Below the pieces are notes generated by a model, which saw only the letters and a program-made list of their open reading frames with translations, was not told the DNA's origin and ran no database searches. Below are positions 1 to 13,035 of a stretch of DNA of 64,000 nt, piece by piece (position 1 is the stretch's first letter; the number at the start of each line of letters is the position of its first letter). Source of the DNA: Octopus sinensis (lineage: Eukaryota). The position numbers were made by a program, and so were the translations under genes. The stretch covers positions 40,238,001-40,302,000 of the forward strand of contig NC_043005.1 in the NCBI RefSeq assembly GCF_006345805.1, in the 5' to 3' direction.

Positions 1-63
1 ACACATACATGCATATATACATATATATACATACACACTCATACACACACATACACACACACA

Positions 64-107
<44 letters not shown>

Positions 108-244
108 GATATATACATATACATACAAACATATATACACATAATATACACACACACACTTACATACGCACCCACGCACTCAGGGTGCCCATCCACTCGT
201 GCGCGTACGCATGTGCGCGCATGTATATATACACGTGTCGTTAT

Positions 245-1934
245 GTACAAGGGGTGAGACTATGCGGGTGGACAGGCATGAACAAGCGTTAGAGATTGGT
301 GATTGTTGGTCCTGCACATGGGAGGTGGGGGGGGGGGGGGTAGTTGGTGCCGGTGACCTTGGTGCAGGCGGTACAGGGGAACACTTGGTACTAAGGCGGT
401 ATATCCAGGTTGTCGGTGGCCAGTGGCTTGAAATTTATTAGAAAAGCATACTTCTAGTGACAGAAATAGGATAGATCGTATTTCTTGTTGATACTGCGGG
501 TTGATGGAGGATGTGTAGTTTTTCGCGGAAGCAGAGCTGGAAATTGGGGTTGCCAGGTAAATATGGTGGAGCCATGTCGACGATAGTCTACCTGATGCTG
601 GGTGTTTCCTCTCGGAGGTCGTGAAGTCTCCAGAGAAAGCACGACAGGGCAGTAGACTTTTCTCTATCCCTGGATCTGAGTGAATGCATGTGTTAGGAGT
701 ATCTTCCCTTGAAGTCATTGGCTGTCATACCCGTATAGTGCCTAGTGATACCATCGGATGGTGTGAGGGTGGCCTTGGGCAGGATCCTCCTAAGAGAAGG
801 TGGTGGGGTTTCGGAAGTTGCCGGTTAGGGTTGGGGGTTGTGTGTGTGTCTGTTGATTGTGCGATGCTAGATGCGATGTTGTCTAAGTGGGAGTGGCTCA
901 CCTTGACATTATGGGGGTTGAAGAGTTTGTAAGACATATGGCCTCTGGGGAATGTTTATTAATTAACGACAGGAAACCCCTAGCTACGTTGGTAGAAACT
1001 TCTAGGTTAAATAGGGGTGGGGGTTAAACCAAATAATTTTACTTTTCTTAATCCTAATTCTCTTGGGGTGAGGTGAGGGGGTTTGGAGTTCGTCCACATA
1101 CGTGAGCTTGTCAGAAAGACTGCTCCTAGCCAAAGCATTAAAAATCTCCCTGTTGGCTGAGAATGTAGATACCTGTTTGTTAATGTCTGAAAACAGGTTT
1201 CTAATTACAGCGGGGATGGGGTGGTTTGAGTTCTTGTGGATGTATATCGTTTCCTCCTTAGCCTTCCTATACGGGTAGTACTTGCCCGTGTTCAGGTATC
1301 AGGTTACATTCAAGAAATCGACCGTAGTCAGGTTGGTTGTAATTGTTATGGACAGGCCGAGCTCTTTGAATATTTTTAACAAGCCCTTCTTGAACCTGTT
1401 CATGGCGTGGCCGTTCAGCTGACTTGAGATTGCCAGACCGCCATCCCTTTAGAGGGCCGACCTAGGTGGATGGGTTTCCCTTGTTGGTATCCAAAATGTA
1501 TAACTCGACGGGGTCGGCGATTTCAGCCCCGTCAAAGTTCCCCATAGAGACATCGAGCAGTAGATCGCCTTCTTTCTCCACCCAAAAGGAATCGTCGTGG
1601 ACTTTCTGGCATTCATGATGATTCTGATGTCAAGGTCACATGCTGGTAAGTTGCTCGGCAAAAGTTAGGGCCTTCGGTGGGACGGACTTAAATATGGAAG
1701 GGTAGAAGTCAACAATGTTCAACTGGGTGAATTTGCATGCTGATTTATTCCCGATATGCGGAACCAGTCGATCACAGCTGCACTGGAGTTCCATTGAGTC
1801 AACCCTGTAGTCCTTCTGATGTCGGAGTTGATAGCATCGAGAATATGTTGCTAACGATATCTATTTCGCTTTTAAATGGATTGATCAGCTTGCATTTGGA
1901 ATTGGAGAGGAAATTAGGCTTATGGTCCATATAA

Positions 1935-1935
<1 letters not shown>
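245..1935 (-). mobile_element. Degenerate Penelope-like retroelement (RT + GIY-YIG endonuclease)
   Basis: Minus-strand translation across stops and frameshifts gives PLE RT motifs: DHKPNFLSNSKCKLINPFKSEI, TQWNSSAAVIDWF, NIVDFYPSI, DVSMGNFDGAEI, TTVDFLNVT*YLNTGKYYPYRK..IYIHKNSNHP. GIY-YIG region: HYTGMTANDFKGRY..STALSCFLWRL. Confidence 0.88.
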
Positions 1936-1992
<57 letters not shown>

Positions 1993-2218
1993 ACACACAC
2001 ACACACGCACACAATAAATATATTTTAAAAATTAAGGATAAAATCTACTTTAGATTTCATCAGGTAGTTAGCGTGGCGTTTTCTTCTGGCGCGTAGGCGA
2101 CTTGTATACGTACTCGTTTGCCCTTGATATATATATATATATATATACCGGAGTAAACACATAAATGTGAAACAAGGTGAAAAAAAGAGTACTCACATAC
2201 CAGGGGTAGAGTAATATG

Positions 2219-2371
2219 CTTTATTTCAAAGCAGCAGAAATTCAACAAAACCTGTTACTCTGAGTTTCACGTTCCCGTTCGTCGGACAGTTTTTGCTAAA
2301 AACTGTCCGACGAACGGGAACGTGAAACTCAGAGTAACAGGTTTGTTGAATTTCTGCTGCTTTGAAATAAA

Positions 2372-2372
<1 letters not shown>
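2219..2372. mobile_element. Near-perfect 154-bp hairpin (MITE-like palindrome)
   Basis: Arms of about 75 bp are reverse complements apart from one T indel, with a 3-nt loop (gct); flanked by TA-rich sequence. A diverged partial copy of the right arm lies at about 9975-10030. Confidence 0.75.
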
Positions 2373-2410
<38 letters not shown>

Positions 2411-2645
2411 TGTAGTTATGTGTATATCAATGAAAAGGAATTTCTCTGCACTCAGTATCACGTATGCGACAAAACTCTTCTAGCTCTCGCTTTGTACTCT
2501 TTCCTAACGTTTTCTAGCTCAAAACCACGTGCATCCTTAAATTTGGATGGAATAAAAGAAGCAATATTATGTACTACATTATAAAGAGGGCCATGCTTAA
2601 ATCGAGCCGTCTTTATAAAATTCAGGATACGTCGAAAGGTAGCTC

Positions 2646-2969
2646 AAAGGAATCGTCGTGGACTTTCTGGCATTCATGATGATTCTGATGTCAAGGTCAC
2701 ATGCTGGTAAGTTGCTCGGCAAAAGTTAGGGCCTTCGGTGGGACGGACTTAAATATGGAAGGGTAGAAGTCAACAATGTTCAACTGGGTGAATTTGCATG
2801 CTGATTTATTCCCGATATGCGGAACCAGTCGATCACAGCTGCACTGGAGTTCCATTGAGTCAACCCTGTAGTCCTTCTGATGTCGGAGTTGATAGCATCG
2901 AGAATATGTTGCTAACGATATCTATTTCGCTTTTAAATGGATTGATCAGCTTGCATTTGGAATTGGAGA
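2646..2969 (-). repeat. 324-bp direct duplicate of PLE RT segment 1585-1908
   Basis: Reads identical by eye to 1585-1908, including the disabling lesions. Confidence 0.9.
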
Positions 2970-3115
2970 CGAAGAAGCGATAACATTATCGGCAGATGGT
3001 GGTGTACCAGAAAATTCCATAATCCTGTTTGCGGATGCGGCGAGTTGTTCAAGGGCCGTATGTTCCACCATAGGAGCTAAAATCGACTGGACATTGTTAA
3101 CACATCGGACCCTCC
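2970..3115 (-). mobile_element. Ty3/Gypsy gag remnant
   Basis: NNVQSILAPMVEHTALEQLAASANRIME resembles the invertebrate Gypsy gag motif (VQxIL...LxxLAxxAD+IME); recalled, not searched. Confidence 0.55.
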
Positions 3116-4280
3116 AGCTTTTCGTTCTGAGTTCAAGTTCTGCTGAGGTCAACTTTGTCTTTCATCCTTTTGGAGTTGTTAAATAAGTACCAAAGAAACA
3201 CTTGTGTCAATATAATCGATTATCTCCATCCTCACCACAATTTCAGACTTTATGCCTTTAACGGAAAGAGTTATAATTTCTTCTGACTTTACGTTCTGAG
3301 TTCAAATTCTACCTAGCTTAACTACATTTCATCCTTTCGGAGTCGATAAAATAAGTGCCAGCCAAGTACTACAATCGATGTAATTGACTAACTCTTCCTA
3401 CCGCCAAATTTCAGTCCTTGTGCCTATAGGTGAAAGAATTATTTTCATTGGTTTCAAATTTTGGCACAAGGCCAGCAATTTCGGGGGAGGGGCTAAGTCG
3501 ATTAAATCAGCGTCAGTGCTCAACTGGTAATTATTCTATTGATCTCAAAAGGATGAAAGGCAAAATCGACCCCAACGATATTTGAACCCAGAACGTAAAG
3601 ATGGACGAAATACTGCTTAGCATTTTGCCCGGTGTGCTAATGATTCTGATAGCTCTCCGCCTTAAAGGATTATTATTATTATTATTATTGTAACTTGCGC
3701 AAAAACAAAGAAAAAGGTTATCGTTAATGCAATTTTAATGTTGATGAATAACTGAATGGTTTTAAAAAATCAGTCTGTGGCCTTTTCAAGGAATGGTAAA
3801 TCCATTATGTTGCAAACATACCATTTTAGCCAGTTCAAAAACTGGACATTATTCAATAGATATAGATAGAGGATTCTAAGAAGATTCAATAATTCTGGTC
3901 TTTTGTTTAAAATTGCAAAAGGTTGTCTTTAGTTGTTATGCTTTTTCCGGAGACAAAGGTCAAGCATCCTGGAACGATTGATGCAGAAGTATGCATGTTC
4001 TATTAAAATTGTTTATATTATCATCCTTTAAACTCCAGATATATTTGGAGACTGTGTGGTGACACATCTTTCTGAATGTGTGCGTATGTTGTGAGAATTT
4101 TTGTGAAAAGAATTTTCAGTAAGCCCAAGACAAATTTTTCTTTCGTTGACATTTGCAAAAGGAATGCACTCTTATGCATTACACCACTTCTATAACATTT
4201 AACTCAAACCTTATATATGTTACAATTGAAAATTGCAATTTTTTCTATATGATTAACTATAATTGTTTCAACTATGAATA

Positions 4281-4760
4281 ATAAACCTCTCCAAGAGCTG
4301 CTTCGCCTCACCATTACATATGATTTCCATGCGGTGACTATCATGTACTCAATGTGAGATCATTATCCAATACCTTAATTACAGAAATTTTCTTTCTTCC
4401 AAAAGTAGATTTCAGGGCATTTGGCCAGATCACAATAGAACCGAGCAATATTTACGAAGCAGTAATTCCATTCCAGTGGCCTAAGGACTCTATGAGTTTG
4501 TGCAAATTGGGCTTCTATTACGCTCAGACATTTCAGAGATAGATTGATGACGTCATCAGAGGTTTACCCTTCGCCTATGCTTACCACGAAGATCTAAGTG
4601 TTACAAGCTCAACTAAGGAGAGCTCCTGGAAATCTTCTACTCGACTGGCCACTTAAAAGCAAAGCCAGCCATCTCAGTGTGTATTTGGCGCACCAGCTCT
4701 GACTTTTCTTGGTCAAATAGTTGACGAAGACGGTGTCATTTCATTGGAGGATAACTGCAA
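4281..4760 (+). mobile_element. Ty3/Gypsy reverse transcriptase remnant
   Basis: Broken frames give IKPSKSCFASPLHM, CGDYHVLN, KVDFRAFGQI, AQTFQR*IDDVIRGLPFAYAYHEDL (decayed YxDD), CVFGAPALTF LGQIVDEDGV. Confidence 0.8.
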
Positions 4761-5806
4761 AAGTTGAGAGATTGTTTTGCCTTCATTAGTTTCTATGTCA
4801 TTTCATTCCTAATTGTGTCAAAGTTGTACAATTGCTGATTGCTTTGTTCTGGAAGAGAAGGAAAGATCAACCAATCTACCTTTAAAATGAAAGTGATAGA
4901 GAACAAAGCTAAGTTTACCTTTCTGGTTTATTCTGCTGCATAAGCATCACTATGCCATCGGACATTGAAGTGAAACATTGAAGTGGGACTGTCAATGCAT
5001 TCCATCAGACATTGAATTGGGAGGAGTTTTACAATTGCTAGTGTATGAGATCTGTCAGACACTCTCCTATTGAGAGTTACTGACAGCTTGTATCAGCATC
5101 ACATATCGCAAGGTCGCGTTTTGTGTCATTTACACAGATCATTAATCTTTAAGGTACTCCTTGAAATCTAGACCCGATCACCATTCACCAAAAGAAATTC
5201 GATTATATCTCCAACGCCTTAGCATCGCCATCGTCAGCGGTAATGTCACGAGCGTGTTGGCTTGCTTCAATAGGTTCCGTAGAACCTTGTAATATACGAC
5301 CAACTGAAGCACTGGTATTGAATTGATGTTATTTCTTTCTTTTTCTTCCACCCCACCCCCCTTTATTTTCTTTCTTTCTTCCTCTTTTCTTTTTTTTCTT
5401 TTTTTCTTACTTCATTCATTTTTGTGTCTTCGATTTTCGACTTCTATTTTAATGTGGTTCTGAATTATATATGTATCATATATATACGTGTAATTATTAA
5501 ATCTTATACTTGGTTTTTATAACTAAATCTAGTGTGTCTCCCAACATACAACTGACATCTGACGTATCAAAAGACGTGACAATATTTTTACTGATTTTGA
5601 CTAGATTACAGCTGATCATAATAATTATGAAAGGCAATGAGTTAAAGTGGAGTGTGCAGTTTGTGTGAACTAAACAAAGTGGCCAATGTGTTTTCTGTAG
5701 TCGAAGGGGCAACCAATTTGGTTACCATGCATGGTGGCCAAAATCTACGGTACGCCGCAAACGAAGAAATTCCTCTCCTATAACTCCCCAGTAAGTGCTC
5801 TAGCTA

Positions 5807-6057
5807 CAGTGGTGTAGCGAGAGTGTGTGCCGCCCGGGGCGGCCTTTCAGTTTTTCCGCACTCGAGCCCCCACAAAAGATACATATAGCACATTGTATTG
5901 AATTTAACGTTGAGTAGTTTCCTTGTCCCGAGATTAAAACCACTATTATTTGATTTCAATACAGCCTATACAGGCTTATAGCTTATAGCAGACCCGACCC
6001 ATAAAAGTGCCACCAGAGGCGGACCACCTCCTCCGCCCCATTTTAGCTACGCTAGTG
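5807..6057. mobile_element. hAT/Tip100-like MITE
   Basis: Termini cagtggtgtagc ... gctacgctagtg are an imperfect TIR, same family as 6270-7778. No TSD seen. Confidence 0.5.
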
Positions 6058-6269
6058 ATTACTTTACTAAGCTGTATATATTTGATGTGATGTTTCTACC
6101 AAACATGAACGCTTTTTTATGTCTCAAATACATCATCAAGTGACTTCCAATGCATTCCATTGTTTGTCACCCACAGGTGCTATATTTACTCTGAAGTTGG
6201 TATTGGCATGCATCATTTGGGCTATCATCAACGAGGACATTTAGTAGTGACCTAAGAATTACATCGCAT

Positions 6270-7778
6270 CACTAGCGTATCTTGGTGGGTGGGGGGGATA
6301 GAGGAAATCCATCCCGGGCGGCACTTTTAAAGGGGCACCACTTTTGGGTCTGCTGTAGGCAATATGCATTTTTTTTGTGGGGTCCGGGGGCAGAAAACAA
6401 AAGGGCTGCCCCGGGAGGTTCGCGAAAATTTTTCCCACGAAAGTTCCGGACCGCAGTAATAAACTTATTTACATACAGCCAATCAGAGCTCACTTTGATC
6501 TTGTTGTACACAAACAACTACGCAGAGGCTGCCATGCAGATAACGAAGGATCAGATCCGTTCAGCTCTCGTCTAGGTATAACATGCGTGAATGTGTTAAA
6601 AACAACCAATCTGTAGTGGTAAAGGTGTAGCAAAAAATGTTGAGGTAGCAGATGAAATAGGCATGTGGACGATATTAAAGTAAAACAATGGGAAAGCATC
6701 GGATTGTGGTTTAAATAATTTATTTAATCGATACTTGCATTAACTTGTATACACCAAAAAGTTCACTATATGACATTACCAACTTGCTTCGAGTTGGTAA
6801 AGTAGAAAATAAACAGGGGAAATACTGTGTCGATGTGATGAGGTAGAACCGGGCATGTTTTGTGTCTGTGTGTACGTTGGTCATTCGGTGGTGTCTGTTT
6901 ATGTTTTGCGTCTGCTACTGTGTTGGGTCGTTCATGCTGAACATGTGGTTCTGTGTCGGCTGCTTGACTGGTGCAAGTTCCTTGCTGGCTGTCTGGTGAT
7001 GGTTGTTTCTGCCGTCCCTTGACGGATTGCTGTATTTATAATGGTCAGGACAGCTAGAAGGACAGACATACCACAGGAGTAATTTCTACTTATGTAGGTC
7101 GCCTCCTGTCCACTTGAGCCTTAAATGACTCGGCTCAGGTTGTAGGTCGAAAAGAAATCCAGCCTTCACTTTTTGACAGGACAAAGAAATTTCTTTCGCG
7201 CCTGTTTGTCCCGTAGTGGATCAGACGAGCGAGAATCTTTAGATTCGGTTTCGAATCTTGGCTCGGAAAAAGGAAGTGTTAGTTTTTACAAATCTATTGG
7301 TAAAACAGATTCTACCATGTAACCTCAAGACGAAGAACGGTGTTGTAAGATCACCAAGTTAAGGCAGATTTTAGAAGGAGACAAGTAATTAGATAGATTT
7401 GCATCTATACCTATAATCGAATTTGTTAGGGCCCCATATGGTAAAGATGTGGACGTGAGAAGTCTGGGTACAGGGTGATGTGCGAGCCACCCTCTCTCTT
7501 TACTGTTTTACAAAGTAAACAACAACACAAATAATTACGCAGAGGCAGCCATGGTTGAAACAAGAACGAAAACAACAAGCATTATTAAAAGGGAAAAGAA
7601 GCATAGTCATTTCTTATCCAAGTGACCTTATCTTATCGCCCTTTACTTGTTATGCGCTCATAAATTAGTTTGATAGTTGAGCTCTGATCGGCTGTATGCA
7701 AATGATTCATAACTGGAAATGGAACTCTCGTGGGAAAAAAAAATGTCGCTGGCGGCATATACTCTAGCTACGCTAGTG
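6270..7778. mobile_element. hAT-type non-autonomous element with an inner 1.3-kb TIR-bounded segment
   Basis: Outer TIRs cactagcgta/tacgctagtg with 8-bp TSD catcgcat/gatcgcat (1 mismatch). Inner imperfect inverted repeats of about 60 bp at about 6428-6490 and 7680-7740. Confidence 0.7.
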
Positions 7779-9251
7779 GATCGCATATCAGAAAGCAAGC
7801 ATGCAGTGCTATATCAAGTCACTTTGCTTCAACTAATGTGAAGTTTATGCATAAATACATGTGTCTTGGGGAGCCGATGCCTCTTTCATATCAACATAGT
7901 TACCTGCTCAGTCATATCAATAGGTACTCTAGATGGTCCAGTACTGTTTAACGAATTAATACTACTGTTAAGACAGGAGCTAATGCATTCGTACACCTCT
8001 AGATTTCAATATACAGCCAGTACACAGCCCACCATTTTTACCTACGAATGAGTGTTGATGACGTTAACCCCAGTGCATAGACCATCTGCTTGATATTCAG
8101 CGTTAACGACAAAATCTATATAAAATGGTTATAAAAAAATGGCAGGGGGGGGGGATAAATATATGGGAGATAATTCTTTTCAATTTGAATAAGTTATTTC
8201 CCCTGTCAAACTTTATTAGATTATTTTACTTTCTAGTCATGTTAGGCAATTAGGATACAAATCTCTCTCTAGATTGGACAATAGCACGTCCCATTTAACT
8301 TCCTTGGTATATATAGTACCTAAAAGCTTATATTTTGCTTGTTGGTGTGGGAGAACTATTTTCTCCACTTTGCTTTGCACCTATGTGTTCATTCACTGCT
8401 GTGTTTGTATTTGAGTGTGAATGTGTTTTGTATTTGTGTGCCACCGACTATTTGCTTGACAACTGGTGTTGGTTTGTCAACCATAACTCTATAATCTAGC
8501 AGTCTGGCAAAAAGAGACTGATAGAATAATTATTGGGGTCAAGGCAGTGCCCCAGCATGGCCACAGTCTAATGACTGAAAGAAGTAAAAATAAAAAGTAA
8601 GACACACATAAATACATACATACATACATGTGTGTGTGTGTGTGCATATATATATATATAATATATATATATATAATATATATATATATACATACATACA
8701 TATACACATACAATATATATACATATACAATATATATATATATAGATAATGTATATTATGTAATATTTATATTATTATATGATTGAATACCACACATCCA
8801 TTTCCAAGTAAGTATATATATATACATACATACATACATACATACATACATACGTATATAAACACACACGCACACACACACACACACGTGCGCACACACA
8901 TGCACACACACACACACACACACACATTAGCATGATTATCTTGTGTTGGTTTATGAATTTTTGATACTCGTAAAATACTGCTTAAATTTCCTGTGTCATT
9001 AACTCTCTCCCCTTGATTGCTTTCTGTCTTGTCCCAATTATGCTTGCTCATTCAATCCTCGATTGCATTTAATGCCTTTTTGGGCTTATTAATGATGAAA
9101 TGCAATAATATTTTGGTTAGGAAACTCTAGTTAGATGTATTTCACAAGGCTTTCTTTGGTTTATATTATAATATTATCTTTACTCTCTTAACTGATGAAA
9201 CGCTAATCCTACTTGTTGAAAACCATATCACACAAACACACACACACTCAC

Positions 9252-9285
<34 letters not shown>

Positions 9286-9380
9286 GTACATGCATGCACA
9301 CACACATACACCCATATATACATATATATATATATACAAATATATATTTGTATGTGTGTATATATGTGTGTATATATATA

Positions 9381-9411
<31 letters not shown>

Positions 9412-9548
9412 ATATGTCTGTGTGTGTGTGTGTGTATATATAAATATGCATATATGTGTAGGGAGAGTTCACGAAAAATACAAAAGACAAAGACAGGTGG
9501 TGTACAAAACAAACAGATGTATTAGTATAATGCTCAGGAATTGAAAAA

Positions 9549-9590
9549 GTCTTTTACGTTTCGAGCCTACGCTCTTCTACAGAAAGGGAC
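9549..9590 (-). ncRNA. Variant or degenerate minimal hammerhead ribozyme motif
   Basis: Minus strand: gtcccttt CTGTAGA a GAGC gtag GCTC GAAAC GTA aaagac. Stem II is perfect and stem III is palindromic (ACGU), but the core reads CUGUAGA rather than CUGANGA. Confidence 0.5.
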
Positions 9591-10060
9591 ACAGAAAAAA
9601 AACAAAGAGAGAAAAAATGTGTGTAGTGGCTACTGATCTATCATGGCGGCTGCCGGACAGAAGGGTCACAAAGGAGAGTGAAGAAGTAGGGGAGATACAC
9701 ACCTCTATTAATTATTAATAATTAATCTCTTCTGGAAATGTATTACTCTCTTCTTCACTCAAAGTTTTTTTTTTATATATCATATAATATATTTGTATTT
9801 TACTGCTCAGTTTATACACCACCAACCTGCCCAACTGTTAGTGAAACAACGCCATTTATGTTTTGAAAATAAGTTACCCAATCAAATTCAAATACTTATT
9901 CATCAAATTGTATTATATCAAATCATATATTACATGAACCATCATACTTTTATTCCAGTCTTGATCACAACTGTCTGATAAACGGAAATGTGAAACTCAG
10001 AGTAACAATATTTTATGATGCTTTTGCAGCTTTAATGAAAAAAAGTATGTATGTATGTAT

Positions 10061-10418
10061 GTGAAGGCGCGTGGCTTAGTGGTTAGAGGCATACGGCTCA
10101 TGATCGTAAGGTCATGAGTGCAATTCCCAGCAGCGCATTGGGTCCTTGGGCAAGACACTTTATTTCATGTTGCTCCAGTCCACTCAGCTGGCAAAAATGA
10201 ATAGTACCTGAGTCCACTCAGCTGACAAAAATGAATAGTACCTGTATTTCAAAGGGTCAGCCTTGTCACACTCTGTGTCATGCTGAATCTCTCTGAGAAC
10301 TACGTTAAGGGTACATGTGTTTGCGGAGGTGCTCAGCCACTTGCACATTAATTTCACGAGCAAGCTGTTCCGTTGATCGTATCAGCTGGGACCTTTGTCG
10401 CAACCAATGGAGTACTCC
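10061..10418 (+). mobile_element. tRNA-derived SINE, family C
   Basis: A-box tggcttagtgg, B-box-like element, central tccttgggcaagacactttatttca..gctccagtccactcagctg domain, internal 34-bp tandem duplication. Second full copy at 59781-60110; partial minus copy at about 19030-19140. Confidence 0.8.
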
Positions 10419-10532
10419 TATGTATGTATGTACAAGTGAGTGGACAAACAAAAGAAAAAGACACACAACACAGTTAGTAGGAGTTACATATATTATTTAA
10501 AACAGTTCAATTTGGTTCCATGTATTATTTAA

Positions 10533-10752
10533 CCCTTTTGTTACCAACCTGGCTGAAACCAGCTCTGGCTCTGAGTACAAATGTCTTGTTTTCATAAGTT
10601 TTGAATTAAGATTTTCCACCAAACCTTAGTCACAATTTATGTTCCTAATACTAGCTGAATGATAACTATGTTATTTTACTAAATTCTTTGTTATATTTTA
10701 AGTAATTGAAAGAAACACTGATCATCTCAAAATACATACAGTATCAAAAGAG
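10533..10752. mobile_element. piggyBac-type MITE (family 2)
   Basis: TTAA on both sides; termini cccttttg..ac / gt..caaaagag. Confidence 0.65.
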
Positions 10753-11417
10753 TTAAAACAGTTTGAAGAAGTATGGAACCAAATCAAACGGTTTAAATAA
10801 TATAATTCCTATTAGCTGTGTTGTGTGCCTTTTTCTTTCATTTGTTCACTCATTCTCTCACACACACACACACACACATTATCATTATCATCATCATCAT
10901 CATTATCATCTTTGTTTAATGTCTGCCTTCCATGCTCGTATGGGTGGGACGGTTTCACAAGAGCCAGCCAGGCAGAAACCTGCCTCAGACTTCTGTAACT
11001 GTTTTGGCAGGATTTTTACAGATAGATGCCACATCAAAAATGAAGTATAAATATATATATATATATACATCAACGCATATGTGGTTGATCAAAGACAGGT
11101 GGATTCGTTATTTTTTCTCTTTACTTACGGGAATTAAGAGTATTGCTGTCTGGGAGATATCTTATGGTAGAGGAATAGTATTTTAACTGCTATTTCTAAA
11201 TTTCGGTATGTAGTGAAGCAATTTGCTGAACCCTAATTATAATTATGCTTATAATAATAGAATTTTTGTATAAGGTTATCGATAAAGGTTCTTTTAACAT
11301 ACCGAACTACTTGGTAAAATTACTAATTATTAATTATTATTGAAAATATATACATACATACATACATACAGACAGACAGACAGACAGGCAGGCAGGCAAG
11401 CAGGCAGACAGACAGAC

Positions 11418-11500
<83 letters not shown>

Positions 11501-12305
11501 CACACACATCATCATCATTTAATGTCCGTTTTCCATGCTTGCATAGGTTGGACTGTTTGACAGGAGCTGGCCAGCCAGACTTCACTGTCTGTTTTGGCAT
11601 GGTTTTTATGGCTGGATGCCCTCTTTGATGCCAACAACTGGCTTACAGTATTTGTGTGCGTACCATTAAGATGATTTTTGCAGCAGTATATACAAAATTA
11701 TACATAGTAATCCCACAACAGTGGGTTATATAATTAATCCACTCAAAACGTTTCAGTAAATACAATTGCAAGCAAGCAGAGATGTAGAGTTGTTAGGGCT
11801 CTTTAGTCAAGTCAAAGAAATTGCTATCTCTCAAGTATTGGTACCATGGTGTTTGGAAGAACCTCCTGCTACGGGAACCAAGCCAAGAAATGAAACTTAT
11901 GAAAGAGATGTGTCCTCTCACCTGTCCAAGTGAGCCATGCCTCTGAATAAGAGATGACTCAAACTGTTGTGATCTGTGCAAGCCATGGCATTATGGAAAA
12001 CAGAAGTAAAGCAACGATGATGATGATAATGATGTCTGTTTTTTTCCGTCCTTGTTTTTGTATACATTTGCTGCGTTCTTCCAAGGAATCTAATGTTCTT
12101 AGCTTAGTTCTTCCTTGGGGCTGGCCAGATTGGAGCAATCTCAAGAATAATCAGTTGAAATTGCGAGGATAATCTGGTGCTTGACTGAGGATAGAAAACT
12201 TCAAATGACCCATCCTTGTTTTCTTTGTATCGTCTATCTGATGTTTTGTTGTCCCTTTCTGTATCTCCTAGCTGGCTGGATGTTTTGCGTTCTTGTCCCA
12301 TTTTG

Positions 12306-12361
<56 letters not shown>

Positions 12362-12709
12362 AACTTATAAGTGAGGGCTAAAGAAGATTATTCCAAAGCC
12401 AATATACTGATTTTCCACATATAATCCACTTGCTATAGAAATTGAACTGAAGTCGGGCAAACTAACCGTTAGAATACTTAAATTTCGTTATCTCTATATT
12501 GAATCATTTTCGGAATTAATCTCATAAAGGATTCATTCTTCATCGGTAGAGCTTACAAGAGAATATAATTAAGATACTCACATGCGCCCATGGAAAAAGC
12601 TGAAGCAAAGAACATAAGTACATTTAAGTACCTCAGTTATATCTAAAAATAAAAATTCTTTGGTCAGTCTCAGAACAACACATACACACACACACATGGA
12701 AATATATGT

Positions 12710-12992
12710 ACATATATGTGTGTGTGTGTGTGTGCGCGTCATCATCATCATCATTACCACCACCATCATCATCATCATCATCATTTAGCATCAGCTTTCC
12801 ATGCTGGCATGGGTTAGACAGTTTGACTGGAACTGGTAAGCTGGAGAACTGCATCAAGTTCCAGAAACCACACTAAATCAGACTGGAACTTGGTGCAGCT
12901 CTCCAGTTTACCAATTCCAGTCAAACTGTCTAACCCAGGCCAGCATGGAAAGCAGACACTAAATGATGATGATGATAACACACAAACACACA

Positions 12993-13028
<36 letters not shown>

Positions 13029-13035
13029 TATGTGT
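12710..13035. repeat. Fold-back inverted duplication of an RTE 3'-tail plus flanking microsatellites
   Basis: 12781-12864 is the reverse complement of 12883-12965 with scattered mismatches and an 18-nt spacer. The (CAT)n/(ATG)n and (TG)n/(CA)n flanks mirror each other. Confidence 0.85.

Noticed and set aside
2030-2066. Minus-strand CTGATGA followed by an aatcta/tagatt hairpin
   Set aside because: There is no GAAA or stem III after the hairpin, so it is not a hammerhead.
5100-5320. Minus-strand DITADDGDAKA resembling a MULE-type DGD motif
   Set aside because: A single short motif with stops nearby; insufficient support.
9192-9225. CTGATGA...GAAA spacing resembling a hammerhead
   Set aside because: Stem II is only 3 bp, and there is no stem I pairing or NUH site.
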